This document shows positions 1 through 8,839 of a DNA stretch of 64,000 nt, in pieces. Position numbers and translations under genes: made by a program. This stretch comes from Akkermansia sp. (lineage in GTDB: Bacteria; Verrucomicrobiota; Verrucomicrobiia; Verrucomicrobiales; Akkermansiaceae). Where the stretch lies: positions 4,059-68,058 of the forward strand of contig JAZSQS010000035.1 of NCBI GenBank assembly GCA_045538105.1, written 5' to 3'. Each line of letters begins with the position of its first letter. Position 1 is the first letter of the stretch. The notes under the pieces are model-generated. The model did not search any database, was not told the origin of the DNA, and worked only from the letters and a program-made list of their open reading frames with translations.

Positions 1-2882
1 CGCAAGAAGGAGGTTTCAACGTTACCCACGACTGAATTAACCAGATGCATAGGCTCGGCAAACCAATCAGTATACTGGCCATCGGGCCCTTTTAATCGCC
101 ACAACTTGCCCCCCTTGCCATCAGAGGTATGCTCAAATTTATAGTCAGTCAAAGCAAGGAAGCGGTGCATGATTGGCATATTGGCATTCAATCGGTAACG
201 ATTATCTCCATCATCCACCTGATTCTTACCCGGCAGTTCCGGTTTCCAAACCTTAGGGTCCAAGTGGTCTCCTAATTCTCGTCTCAGGATTTGCTTGTAA
301 GCCTCTTCTGGCGTCATTCCCTGGGTTAGGAAGGTTTGGAAATCCTTGGTATGGGGCAGAATATCCATGAGCGATTCCCCACATGCCCGAAGGCCCAGCA
401 TGATTCGGTAAGCCTCCAGCAATTCAGGCTGACCATTCCAACGCCCGCGGGATGCCTTCCGGTATGCCTTGCCATATGTATCGCGGAAATCCTCAATCTT
501 CACTTTACGGAACCAGCGGGGAGCATAAGCAGCGGAGCGGCGTCTCTCGCGGTACATTTCCTCAATAGAATTATAAAATGTTTCAAAAGCCACCTCGCGA
601 GGTACTCCGGAGGCAGCCCGGTGAATGGCAGAACATAGCTCACTGCATATTCTCTGACGCCGCGCCTCCGTTTTCTGGCGGGCTGCATCAATATTGAAAT
701 ACGAGCCTTTCAGACTATCCAGGGACTCCAGGTTCAGAAGCGCCTGGTAACTCAGATTAATCATTTCTGAAACGCGGTCTGCCATGAGCATCTGTATGGC
801 CTTCTCGCGGTGAGGATTGTAAATTCCATTCAATTTTACCTGTTTAGGCAAAAGGGAAGCTCCGTCTGAGAGCATTTTATGATACATCCCAAAACGTTCC
901 ACCTGCTGCTTTTTATCCTTGACCACGCTACCATTACCTTTCTGATACCATTCATCCATCAACAGGAGATATGGCAGGCTCTTTTCTGCATTCAAAGGCA
1001 TGGACTTGCGCCCGGTCAAGCGCTCTGCGACCTGGAGCATTTCCTCCTGGTTACCCGTATCCCGCACAACTGTCTCAGGGCGGGACAATCCTTCCACGGA
1101 ACTCTTTTTGTTCAGGAAATCCACGCGGGCCCTAGGGTCTTTGAACCCAGCGTGATATTCCGTATTCAACAGCAGGAGAGAACGCATCAGCTCCTCCACA
1201 GCACCGGCTCCACTCCAGCGGCGGCTACTGCAAAGCGCTTCCCGCAACAGTTGGTTCTGCACATGAATATCCGGCTCTTCTATGATGCGGAGGCGGGTTG
1301 GTTCATCCACCCCCCATTCAGATAAACGACCACCGTTATCCAACAACTTGGAAGGAGAGCGGAAATGATGCAAAGCTGCGCGCCCCGCAGCAATCAGGAC
1401 AAAAGGCAGATTCATCGCAGCTTCGCGCATGTTCGCCTCAATGTCTGTAAAATTATTGCCAAAGGTTTCCCAATCAATATTGGAAGCCACCTTATCCACC
1501 CTGGCGGCCAGCTCCTGGGTTCCCAATTCTGCAGCCTGGGCAGCCTTGCCAGCCAGCAACATCTTAGCATTTTCTGCCGTCAGGATACCCAACCCCTTCA
1601 AAGCTGCAAGTGAATAGCCCTTCCAACCGGCGCTTCCTGCACGCATGAACTCATTAATAGTCCGGTTGAGCATCTGCGCGCCAATGCGACTCATGCCTGC
1701 ATAAATGCCTGCCTGCAACGAGCCGCCGAGAATGCCGGCAGCAGTCTGGAGTTCCTGACGCCCCTTTGGCGAACGCCTGCGGGCTTCTGCCACTGCCGCA
1801 CCAGTGCCGGAAAGGGTCAGCAAGCCAAAGCCAGCTCCACCAGAGAAGGCTGCGATAGCTCCCGGTACAGCTCCAGCTGCATCTACGGCCATTTGTTCTG
1901 CCAGATTACTCTCCTCTCCCAGGTCTATGGGGAACAACTCCCCTTGGGCCACGCGGCGTAATTCATCCAGCACCTGCAGGCGCTTATCTGCTGCACTGCT
2001 CAAGTTCCTGAGTGTATCACTTTCCAGGGTTTCACCAGCAGCCCGTGTAAGCGCTGTGGCAATATGCCCAAGCCCTTGCAGGGATGAATGCCCCAAATCC
2101 GCAGCTCCACGCCGCACACTGTGCAGCATGGCTTCGGCCAGATTATCCGGTTTCTCCTCCAATTGGCGCGTTGAATCCAACGAACGAGCAATGGCGTATA
2201 CCCGGGCGCGTTCATCTGCATCCATATCTGCCAGTTCATCCACAGCCCGAACCAAGCCAGGAACTTTCGCAAAGACGGTCGGAGTATAGACGGGATTGGA
2301 CTCCATGGTTTTGATGGCTGACCATGCCTCTGATATGGACTCTGCCAGTGGCATGTATTGCTCACGCAAGGACTCGGCATGTCCCTGCGCCATGTCACTA
2401 ATCTGGAAATCCGCTTCTTCATCTGGCAAATCGGGCATTTCCCCACGGAGAGCTGAAAGATAATGCTCCTTGTACAGACGGCGGGCCTTTTCTGCCATAG
2501 GAGCATCTGCATTCTTTAGCGAGAGAGCCGAATACAGTTCCTTTTCTGAATTCCCCACACCAAACAAGCGGGTCAAATCCCGGCGCAGTTCCGGCCACGC
2601 GCTGCGAACCTGCTCCCGGCTCATATTCTGGTAATCCACCACCCACGAACGGTTAATATTGGTCATGAGTCGGTAGTCCCGCTCCTCTTGCGGCAGCGAT
2701 TCATCCGCTGCACCCGCTTTCTGGCGAAGCGCATCCGGGACAGAACTCAAATCTCCGGTGAGGAGGGTATTCCAGTATTGACCTTTCTCCCATTCCTTAC
2801 CCTGATTCACCTTAGGCAGAGGCTTGAGAGAGTCCAGAGGGAGCGGTTTATCCTGCTTGATTTCAACGGTTTCCGTGTTCAT
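1..2882 (-). CDS. large hypothetical protein, C-terminal end outside window (>960 aa)
   Basis: By my own translation the minus-strand frame is open from ATG 2882 (MNTETVEIKQDKPLPLDSLKPL...) to position 1, about 960 codons with no stop. It is absent from the ORF track only because its stop lies outside the window. The start overlaps the upstream ORF stop by 20 nt. It has a Gly/Ala-rich hydrophobic block (AGAVPGAIAAFSGGAGFGLLTLSGTGAAVA, AGILGGSLQAGIYAG). No NTPase or catalytic motif recognised. Confidence 0.6.
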   Translation of the reverse strand, partial: MNTETVEIKQDKPLPLDSLKPLPKVNQGKEWEKGQYWNTLLTGDLSSVPDALRQKAGAADESLPQEERDYRLMTNINRSWVVDYQNMSREQVRSAWPELRRDLTRLFGVGNSEKELYSALSLKNADAPMAEKARRLYKEHYLSALRGEMPDLPDEEADFQISDMAQGHAESLREQYMPLAESISEAWSAIKTMESNPVYTPTVFAKVPGLVRAVDELADMDADERARVYAIARSLDSTRQLEEKPDNLAEAMLHSVRRGAADLGHSSLQGLGHIATALTRAAGETLESDTLRNLSSAADKRLQVLDELRRVAQGELFPIDLGEESNLAEQMAVDAAGAVPGAIAAFSGGAGFGLLTLSGTGAAVAEARRRSPKGRQELQTAAGILGGSLQAGIYAGMSRIGAQMLNRTINEFMRAGSAGWKGYSLAALKGLGILTAENAKMLLAGKAAQAAELGTQELAARVDKVASNIDWETFGNNFTDIEANMREAAMNLPFVLIAAGRAALHHFRSPSKLLDNGGRLSEWGVDEPTRLRIIEEPDIHVQNQLLREALCSSRRWSGAGAVEELMRSLLLLNTEYHAGFKDPRARVDFLNKKSSVEGLSRPETVVRDTGNQEEMLQVAERLTGRKSMPLNAEKSLPYLLLMDEWYQKGNGSVVKDKKQQVERFGMYHKMLSDGASLLPKQVKLNGIYNPHREKAIQMLMADRVSEMINLSYQALLNLESLDSLKGSYFNIDAARQKTEARRQRICSELCSAIHRAASGVPREVAFETFYNSIEEMYRERRRSAAYAPRWFRKVKIEDFRDTYGKAYRKASRGRWNGQPELLEAYRIMLGLRACGESLMDILPHTKDFQTFLTQGMTPEEAYKQILRRELGDHLDPKVWKPELPGKNQVDDGDNRYRLNANMPIMHRFLALTDYKFEHTSDGKGGKLWRLKGPDGQYTDWFAEPMHLVNSVVGNVETSFL

Positions 2883-4152
2883 TGTTCTCGTTTTGTTCAA
2901 ATTGGAAGCAAAGCCAGTTTTCAGTAGATTGCTGCAAGGAGCTCAGCCATTTTGCAGACTCCTGGGGACCCCCAGCAGCCTGCCGTTCTAGCGATTCCTG
3001 TAACAAACGCCTCAGACTTCCCAAGGATTCAGTATCCCCCGGGCACCCCAAACGCCCCTCGCGGTATAAAGTCCACAACTTCTGGCTTACCCCACCCCGT
3101 TGCAGGGACGGCAGGGTGGCTGTGTCCTTAAGCCGCTGCAAAAGCATGCAACGTTCACGCCCCGGAATAGGGGCAAAAGCTATGTCCACCATCAACGCCC
3201 CGTCCTGACCGTCAGGGCGCTCATCAATACGGCGCATCCAATCACAGGTTTCCGCCATGGTGAGAGGAGTCCGGGGGAGCCGGAGCTCAGCCATCCGATT
3301 CAGGGGAAGCACCCCCGCCTCCACCGCTCGTTCAATTTCTGCCTCAGCGGGTTCCCTTCCCTGCTCCACTGCTGCCGCCAATTGCAATGCGGTACTTTCA
3401 AACAGATTGGAGCGCGTCCGTTCCACCTCACTTTCCAGCTCTCTGCGTTCGGCTTCCCCTCCGGGGCGTTCCTCCGTTCCGTTGTTCCATGCCACAAGCG
3501 CCTCATACGGATTTTGCTGTAAATTCCTCTGCCAGCGGGCATGCAGACTCCGGCTACGGGTATCCTCCAAACGCTGGGTCATTCCTGATTCCGGCACAAA
3601 GACCTCACGGCCCCGCTCTATCCACCGGCACGCTTCATCTGCGTTCCCTTGCCGTACTGCGTTTTCTACCTGCTCCTGCCACAATTGCCGGGAGTGCCGG
3701 ATGCGCTCCAGCTCCAGCCGCTTCCTGCCCTCAAAGGAATAGCGCTCACTATTTTTCTCAGCCATTTGGAGAGCCCGGTTCCGGGCAGTCCCCCTGTATT
3801 GCTCCGCCAATTTCTGAACCCGCGGTGCATAGGCCTGCTGCCAGCTGTAATCCCAGTCACGAACCGGGCTCTCCATCAACTCCTCCGTAGTTTCCCTGGC
3901 AATTTCATCCAGTTGCCTGGCCACATCGGCCTCATCTCCTGTGAATTCCACCCGCTCCAATGCCTGAACCAGGGAAGCAGCCCCCGTTCCTGCATCCGCG
4001 ATTCCCTTTCCCAGAACGCGCCCGCTTCGTCCCCAATCATTTAATGCATTGACTGGCAGATGCACGCCTTGCCGGGGATAAGCCAGCATGCTCCACTCCT
4101 TCATTCGTATTGCCATGCTGCGTAGCATGGCATGCCTTGTTTTCTGGGTCAA
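2863..4152 (-). CDS. hypothetical protein (Arg/Glu-rich, helical-looking)
   Basis: ORF-track 429 aa. The listed start is TTG and the first ATG is at 4128, so the start is uncertain. It lies 46 nt downstream of gpmA and overlaps the next ORF, so it is probably co-transcribed. No motif recognised. Confidence 0.55.
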   Translation of the reverse strand: MTQKTRHAMLRSMAIRMKEWSMLAYPRQGVHLPVNALNDWGRSGRVLGKGIADAGTGAASLVQALERVEFTGDEADVARQLDEIARETTEELMESPVRDWDYSWQQAYAPRVQKLAEQYRGTARNRALQMAEKNSERYSFEGRKRLELERIRHSRQLWQEQVENAVRQGNADEACRWIERGREVFVPESGMTQRLEDTRSRSLHARWQRNLQQNPYEALVAWNNGTEERPGGEAERRELESEVERTRSNLFESTALQLAAAVEQGREPAEAEIERAVEAGVLPLNRMAELRLPRTPLTMAETCDWMRRIDERPDGQDGALMVDIAFAPIPGRERCMLLQRLKDTATLPSLQRGGVSQKLWTLYREGRLGCPGDTESLGSLRRLLQESLERQAAGGPQESAKWLSSLQQSTENWLCFQFEQNENNEHGNR

Positions 4153-4198
4153 TCAGACTCAAGGGGTCGGCACACCGTTCCAACTGGAACCGCATGCT

Positions 4199-4873
4199 TC
4201 ATGGCATCAGGTTCATCTCATCATCAAATACCAGACGTAGAGGCCGTGCAGTCGGTATTTCCAGTTGCTCTACCCCTGTGGGGCTAAGCCCTCTCAAGTG
4301 CATCACCAATGCACGCAAACTATTGCCATGCGCCACCACAAGCAAGGCACCCGTTGCATACAAGCGGGGGCGCATGATTTCCTCCCAACACGCCCGGACC
4401 CGTTTCAATGTATCCTTGAGCGATTCCGTTGGCGGCAACATCTGGGGAGGCAGAGCCGCGTAACGAGCATCCCAACCTGGCAACCGTTCATCTCCGGCAG
4501 GCAAGGGAGGAGGAGGGCAATCATATGCCCTACGCCAACGCTGCACCAACTCCACCCCCATCTCTGCCTCCACCTCAGCTTTATTCCTCCCCTGCAGGAT
4601 TCCATAGTGTTTCTCATTCAACCGCCAGTCCTTGTGAACCGGAACCCATGCACAATCCAGCCCTGCCAGTACGATGTTGAGAGTGTGTATGGCGCGCATC
4701 AACACGGAAGTACACGCCACGCGGCAAACAAACCCACTCTCCCGCAGCCGCTGCCCCGCCAGCTCCGATTCACGCCGACCTCGCACAGAAAGGGGCACAT
4801 CAGCCCACCCTGTAAAACGATTCTCCGCATTCCATTGTGATTCCCCGTGCCGCAACAATACCAGTTCTTTCAT
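4199..4873 (-). CDS. gpmA: 2,3-bisphosphoglycerate-dependent phosphoglycerate mutase
   Basis: LLRHGESQWN catalytic-His motif, RLNEKHYG, and 224 aa length typical of dPGM. Confidence 0.93.
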   Translation of the reverse strand: MKELVLLRHGESQWNAENRFTGWADVPLSVRGRRESELAGQRLRESGFVCRVACTSVLMRAIHTLNIVLAGLDCAWVPVHKDWRLNEKHYGILQGRNKAEVEAEMGVELVQRWRRAYDCPPPPLPAGDERLPGWDARYAALPPQMLPPTESLKDTLKRVRACWEEIMRPRLYATGALLVVAHGNSLRALVMHLRGLSPTGVEQLEIPTARPLRLVFDDEMNLMP

Positions 4874-4904
4874 CAGATAATTGACTTCCCGTTCAACTAC
4901 ATGA

Positions 4905-4932
4905 TTGCAAAACGGGCAGAATATGTTATCAT
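4905..4932 (+). promoter_or_regulatory. sigma70-like promoter TTGCAA-16-TATCAT
   Basis: -35 at 4905-4910 and -10 at 4927-4932. The -10 ends 10 nt before ATG 4943. Confidence 0.45.
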
Positions 4933-4942
4933 CCAGCCAACT

Positions 4943-5374
4943 ATGACCCGCGTGCGCCTTATCTTCTTTCTGTTTCTCCTTAGTCTGGTCTGCAGCCTTG
5001 CGCTGCTCTTACCCGGATGCTTCAAAGACCCCAGGCAGCTTGTGCAAGGCGAATGGCAGGAAATCAACAAACTGGGATACGTAGACGTAACGGATTCAAC
5101 AGCCCGCTGGTCCAGCAGGACATACAAAGGGACCTTCCAGTACTCCTGGGTGCAGTCAGATGATGAGCCCTACACGGTGGAAGTGCGCCGCAATAAGGAA
5201 AAATGGCTGGCGGGCATCACCTTCGAGGATGATGACCACGCTTCTGTTCAATTCTATATCATGGAGAAATTACCTCCTGAAGCCCGCGAGTTCATTCGCC
5301 AGAAAAACCGGGCCAGGAATCGTCCGGAGGACGAGCTCCTCCTGCGTTTCCGCCGCGTAACCAGGGAAAAGTAA
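4943..5374 (+). CDS. small lipoprotein, unknown function
   Basis: ORF 4847-5374 trimmed to the internal ATG giving MTRVRLIFFLFLLSLVCSLALLLPGC (signal peptide plus lipobox). A promoter lies just upstream. Confidence 0.6.
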   Translation: MTRVRLIFFLFLLSLVCSLALLLPGCFKDPRQLVQGEWQEINKLGYVDVTDSTARWSSRTYKGTFQYSWVQSDDEPYTVEVRRNKEKWLAGITFEDDDHASVQFYIMEKLPPEAREFIRQKNRARNRPEDELLLRFRRVTREK

Positions 5375-5495
5375 CCGCAAATCATCCCTCCTTGCAGATT
5401 ATTCTTGAAAAACCATATAATTTGCGCTAAAAGTAGCAGTGGGCAATTTTATTGACCCTTCACCTCTCGTACACATTATCAAACAATACATATCT

Positions 5496-6422
5496 ATGGA
5501 AACATCATTCAAAATCCATGGTCTCTGCGCTGCCACGCACACCCCCATGAATGCCGATGGCTCCTGCAATCCCAATGCAGTGGACGCCCAGGCCAAGTTC
5601 CTGGCCAGCCAGGGCATCAAGTCCGTTTTCATCACCGGCTCCACCGGTGAATCAGCCCACATGCAACTCACAGAGCGTAAGGAAAACATGGCCGCCTGGG
5701 GTGAAGCCGGCAAGAAATACGGTATCGATGTTATCGTTCACACGGGTGGCAACTGCGTATATGATGGCCGCGAGCTCGCCGCTTACGCTGCCGAATGCGG
5801 CGCCACTGGTACCGCCAGCAACTCTCCCTGCTACTTCAAGCCCGGCAGCATTGACCTGTTGGTAGACAGCTTGGCAGTTGCTGCCTCTGGTGCTCCCGAA
5901 CTCCCGTTCTACTTCTACGATATTCCCGTGCTCACCCATGTAGGTTTCAACCCCTGCAAGATGATTGAAGCCTGCGCCAAGAAGATTCCCAACTTTGTGG
6001 GTGTGAAGTTCACCAACCCTGACCTCGCCCTCTACATGGACGCCCTGAACTTCGAAGGCGGCAAGTATGACATTCCCTGGGGCGTGGATGAATGGTTCCT
6101 CGGCGCCTATGCCACTGGTGCCAAGGGTGGTGTAGGCTCCTCCTTCAACTATGCACCCAAGCTGTATGATGATATCATGAAGGCTGTGGACGCCGGTGAC
6201 CTCGCAGAAGCCCGCCGCCTCCAGCAACTCTCCGTCACCATGATTAACATCATCGCAGCCAAGGGCTACATGGGTTGCTGCAAGTACCTCATGAGCGAAT
6301 GGACTGGTGTTGATTTCGGCCCGGCCCGCCTCCCCATGGGCAAGCAGGATAAGGCCACGCTCGATGCCCTCAAGAGTGAGCTCAAAGCCATTGGCTTCTA
6401 CGATTGGGCCATCTACAAGTAA
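5496..6422 (+). CDS. nanA: N-acetylneuraminate lyase (DHDPS/NAL family)
   Basis: GSTGE motif (ITGSTGESAHM), YFYDIP, and the Schiff-base Lys context FVGVKFTNPD. Start taken at METSFKIHG. Adjacent to the AGE epimerase gene. Confidence 0.8.
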   Translation: METSFKIHGLCAATHTPMNADGSCNPNAVDAQAKFLASQGIKSVFITGSTGESAHMQLTERKENMAAWGEAGKKYGIDVIVHTGGNCVYDGRELAAYAAECGATGTASNSPCYFKPGSIDLLVDSLAVAASGAPELPFYFYDIPVLTHVGFNPCKMIEACAKKIPNFVGVKFTNPDLALYMDALNFEGGKYDIPWGVDEWFLGAYATGAKGGVGSSFNYAPKLYDDIMKAVDAGDLAEARRLQQLSVTMINIIAAKGYMGCCKYLMSEWTGVDFGPARLPMGKQDKATLDALKSELKAIGFYDWAIYK

Positions 6423-6448
6423 AAATCCACCCCTGACCTACCTCAACC

Positions 6449-7639
6449 ATGGACACCAAAGCACTTGGTGAATTCTACAAGAACAAGCTGCTCAATGAGG
6501 TAGAGCCGTTCTGGTTTCCCCGTTCACTGGACACAGTGAACGGGGGTCTCTACCATTGCTGCGCGGCTGACGGAACCTTGGTAGACACCGACAAGAACGT
6601 ATGGGCACAGGGCCGCATGGCCTGGATGCTCCTCACCTGCTACAACAGTATTGAAAAGCGTCCGGAATGGATGCAGTATGCAGAAAGCGCACTCAAATTC
6701 CTGGAAGAAAAATGCGTAGACCCCACAGATGGGCGCATGTACTTCCACATGACGGCAGATGGCACCCCCATCCGCAAGCGTCGCTATGCATACAGCGAAT
6801 GTTTTGCCGCCATTGCCTGGGCTGCCCACTACGGCGCCACGGGCAACCCCAACAGCGCAGAACGGGCCCGCCACTGGTTCGATATCTACGCCGACATTTT
6901 CTTCACACCCGGCAAAATGGCACCCAAGAGCACCGGCAAGCGTCCCGGTGAGAACTTGGGATGCCGCATGATTATGATTGTCACCGCTCAGGAACTCCGC
7001 CGTTATCTGGGCGATTCCGATGGATTCTACACCGGTTGGATTGACCGCTGCATTGATGATCTCCAGCGCCTCTTCCTTCATGAGGACATCCAGGCTGTAC
7101 TCGAAAATGTCGCGCCGGATGGTTCCGTCATTGACCACTTTGATGAGCGCATCCTCAACCCCGGCCATGATATTGAAGGTGGCTGGTTTGTGCTTGAGGA
7201 AGCCCGTTACCGCGGTGGCGATAAGAAGCTCATTGAAATTGGCTGCAAGATGATTGACTGGGCGCTCGCACGCGGCTGGGACAAGAAATACGGCGGTCTA
7301 CTCTACTACACGGATGTCTATAACAAGCCCGTGCAGGAATACTGGCACAACATGAAATTCTGGTGGCCGCATGATGAGGCCCTCATCGGCACCTGCCTGG
7401 CCTATGTCATGACAGGGGATGAGAAGTACGCAGAATGGCACCAGCGCATTCATGATTGGGCATTTGAGCATCTGCAGGACAAAGAACACGGTGAGTGGTA
7501 CGGCTACTGCAACCAGGACGGCACCACCACCAACGGTCTCAAGGGATCCATGTGGAAATCCTTCTTCCACCACCCACGCGCCCTCTGGTGCTGTGCGCAC
7601 TATTTCGGAGCCATTCCGGCACCCACTACAAAAGCATAA
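6449..7639 (+). CDS. N-acylglucosamine 2-epimerase (AGE / renin-binding-protein family)
   Basis: 396 aa with family-typical segments (GGLYHC, WAQGRMAW, KFWWPHDEAL, EHGEWYGY). Position next to nanA fits ManNAc to GlcNAc conversion. Confidence 0.8.
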   Translation: MDTKALGEFYKNKLLNEVEPFWFPRSLDTVNGGLYHCCAADGTLVDTDKNVWAQGRMAWMLLTCYNSIEKRPEWMQYAESALKFLEEKCVDPTDGRMYFHMTADGTPIRKRRYAYSECFAAIAWAAHYGATGNPNSAERARHWFDIYADIFFTPGKMAPKSTGKRPGENLGCRMIMIVTAQELRRYLGDSDGFYTGWIDRCIDDLQRLFLHEDIQAVLENVAPDGSVIDHFDERILNPGHDIEGGWFVLEEARYRGGDKKLIEIGCKMIDWALARGWDKKYGGLLYYTDVYNKPVQEYWHNMKFWWPHDEALIGTCLAYVMTGDEKYAEWHQRIHDWAFEHLQDKEHGEWYGYCNQDGTTTNGLKGSMWKSFFHHPRALWCCAHYFGAIPAPTTKA

Positions 7640-7657
7640 CGCAATTAACACGAAATC

Positions 7658-8839
7658 ATGATTATCGGTATTCTCAACTCCGGTGGCGACTGCCCCGGCA
7701 TCAATGCTGTGATTGAAGGCTACGTTTCCGCAGCCTACCGTCGCGGCTGGCGAGTTATCGGTTTCCACGACGGTTTTGAAGGTCTCCTGCCCGTGGCAGG
7801 AGGCCGCCGTTACGAAACCCTCACCCCCAATAAAACGCACAAAATCCGTGCATATGGCGGCACCATCCTCGGTACCACCAGCACGGGTAACTTCAAGGTT
7901 GTCACCAACAAGGTGGGCCGCCGCCAGGTTGACCGCGAAGTCATGGCGAAGGCTAAAAAGACCATTAACGCCCTTGGACTTCAGGCTCTGGCCGTCATCG
8001 GCGGCAGCGGCTCAGCCCGCACCGCCAAGCTCCTCTCAGAGGAAGGGCTGCCGGTGATTTCCATCCCCAAGACCATCAACAACGACCTCTGCAGTGATTC
8101 CGATTACACCTTCGGATTCCACAGCGCCGTAAGCGTTGTGACTGAGTCCATTGACCGCATCCGCACCACGGCAAATGCTCACCAGCGCATGATGGTCATT
8201 GAAGTGATGGGCGACATGTCCGGCTGGATTGGCCTGTACGGAGGCATTGCAGCTGCAGCAGACGTAGTGCTGATTCCCGAGATTGAGTATGACCTGGACA
8301 AGGTTATCGAATGCATCAAGGCACGCAAAGCCACAGGTCAGCGTGAAATCATCGTCGTAGTGGCTGAAGGCTCCCGCCTCAACGGAGAGCTGGTCACCGT
8401 ACACAACAAGGAGAACGGTGATGAGCGTCTGGGCGGCATCGGTAACAAACTCTCCCACATCCTTCAAGAACGCACTGGCATTGAAACCCGCTACTGCGTG
8501 CTGGGCCACACCCAGCGTGGCGGCACGCCCTGTGCCTTCGACCGCATCCTCGGTGTGCGCTTCGGTGTGGAGGCTGTCAAGCTCATTGAAAAAAAGGATT
8601 TCGGCAAGACGGTGGTTCTCAATGGTCTCCACATCGACAATGTCCCCATTGAAGAAGCCGTGGCTCACCACCGCTTCGTCGACCCCAACAGCCAGATTAT
8701 CAGCACCGCGCGCGACCTCGGCATCATCTTCGGTGACCGCATCCCGGAAGAACTTCACAGCGACCGGAAAAAAGCAAATCCGAAGAAGGTAAAAGCACCT
8801 GGCAAATGCGCCAAATCCAAGTCGGCTGACTCTAAATGA
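7658..8839 (+). CDS. phosphofructokinase-family paralogue lacking catalytic residues, with Lys-rich C-terminal tail
   Basis: Collinear with the paralogue at 9805-10899 and with E. coli PfkA (SGGDCPGINA, HQRMMVIEVMG, GHTQRGG). However, GGDGS is GGSGS (Asp103 to Ser), TIDND is TINND (Asp127 to Asn) and MGR is MGD (Arg171 to Asp). Tail is RKKANPKKVKAPGKCAKSKSADSK. The stop overlaps the next start (ATGA). Confidence 0.85.
   Translation: MIIGILNSGGDCPGINAVIEGYVSAAYRRGWRVIGFHDGFEGLLPVAGGRRYETLTPNKTHKIRAYGGTILGTTSTGNFKVVTNKVGRRQVDREVMAKAKKTINALGLQALAVIGGSGSARTAKLLSEEGLPVISIPKTINNDLCSDSDYTFGFHSAVSVVTESIDRIRTTANAHQRMMVIEVMGDMSGWIGLYGGIAAAADVVLIPEIEYDLDKVIECIKARKATGQREIIVVVAEGSRLNGELVTVHNKENGDERLGGIGNKLSHILQERTGIETRYCVLGHTQRGGTPCAFDRILGVRFGVEAVKLIEKKDFGKTVVLNGLHIDNVPIEEAVAHHRFVDPNSQIISTARDLGIIFGDRIPEELHSDRKKANPKKVKAPGKCAKSKSADSK

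Noticed and set aside
1-4152. Prophage tail tape-measure or other phage structural module
   Set aside because: The only support is the large size and the Gly/Ala-rich hydrophobic block. There are no other phage-like genes (terminase, portal, integrase) in the window, and gpmA is directly adjacent in the same orientation.
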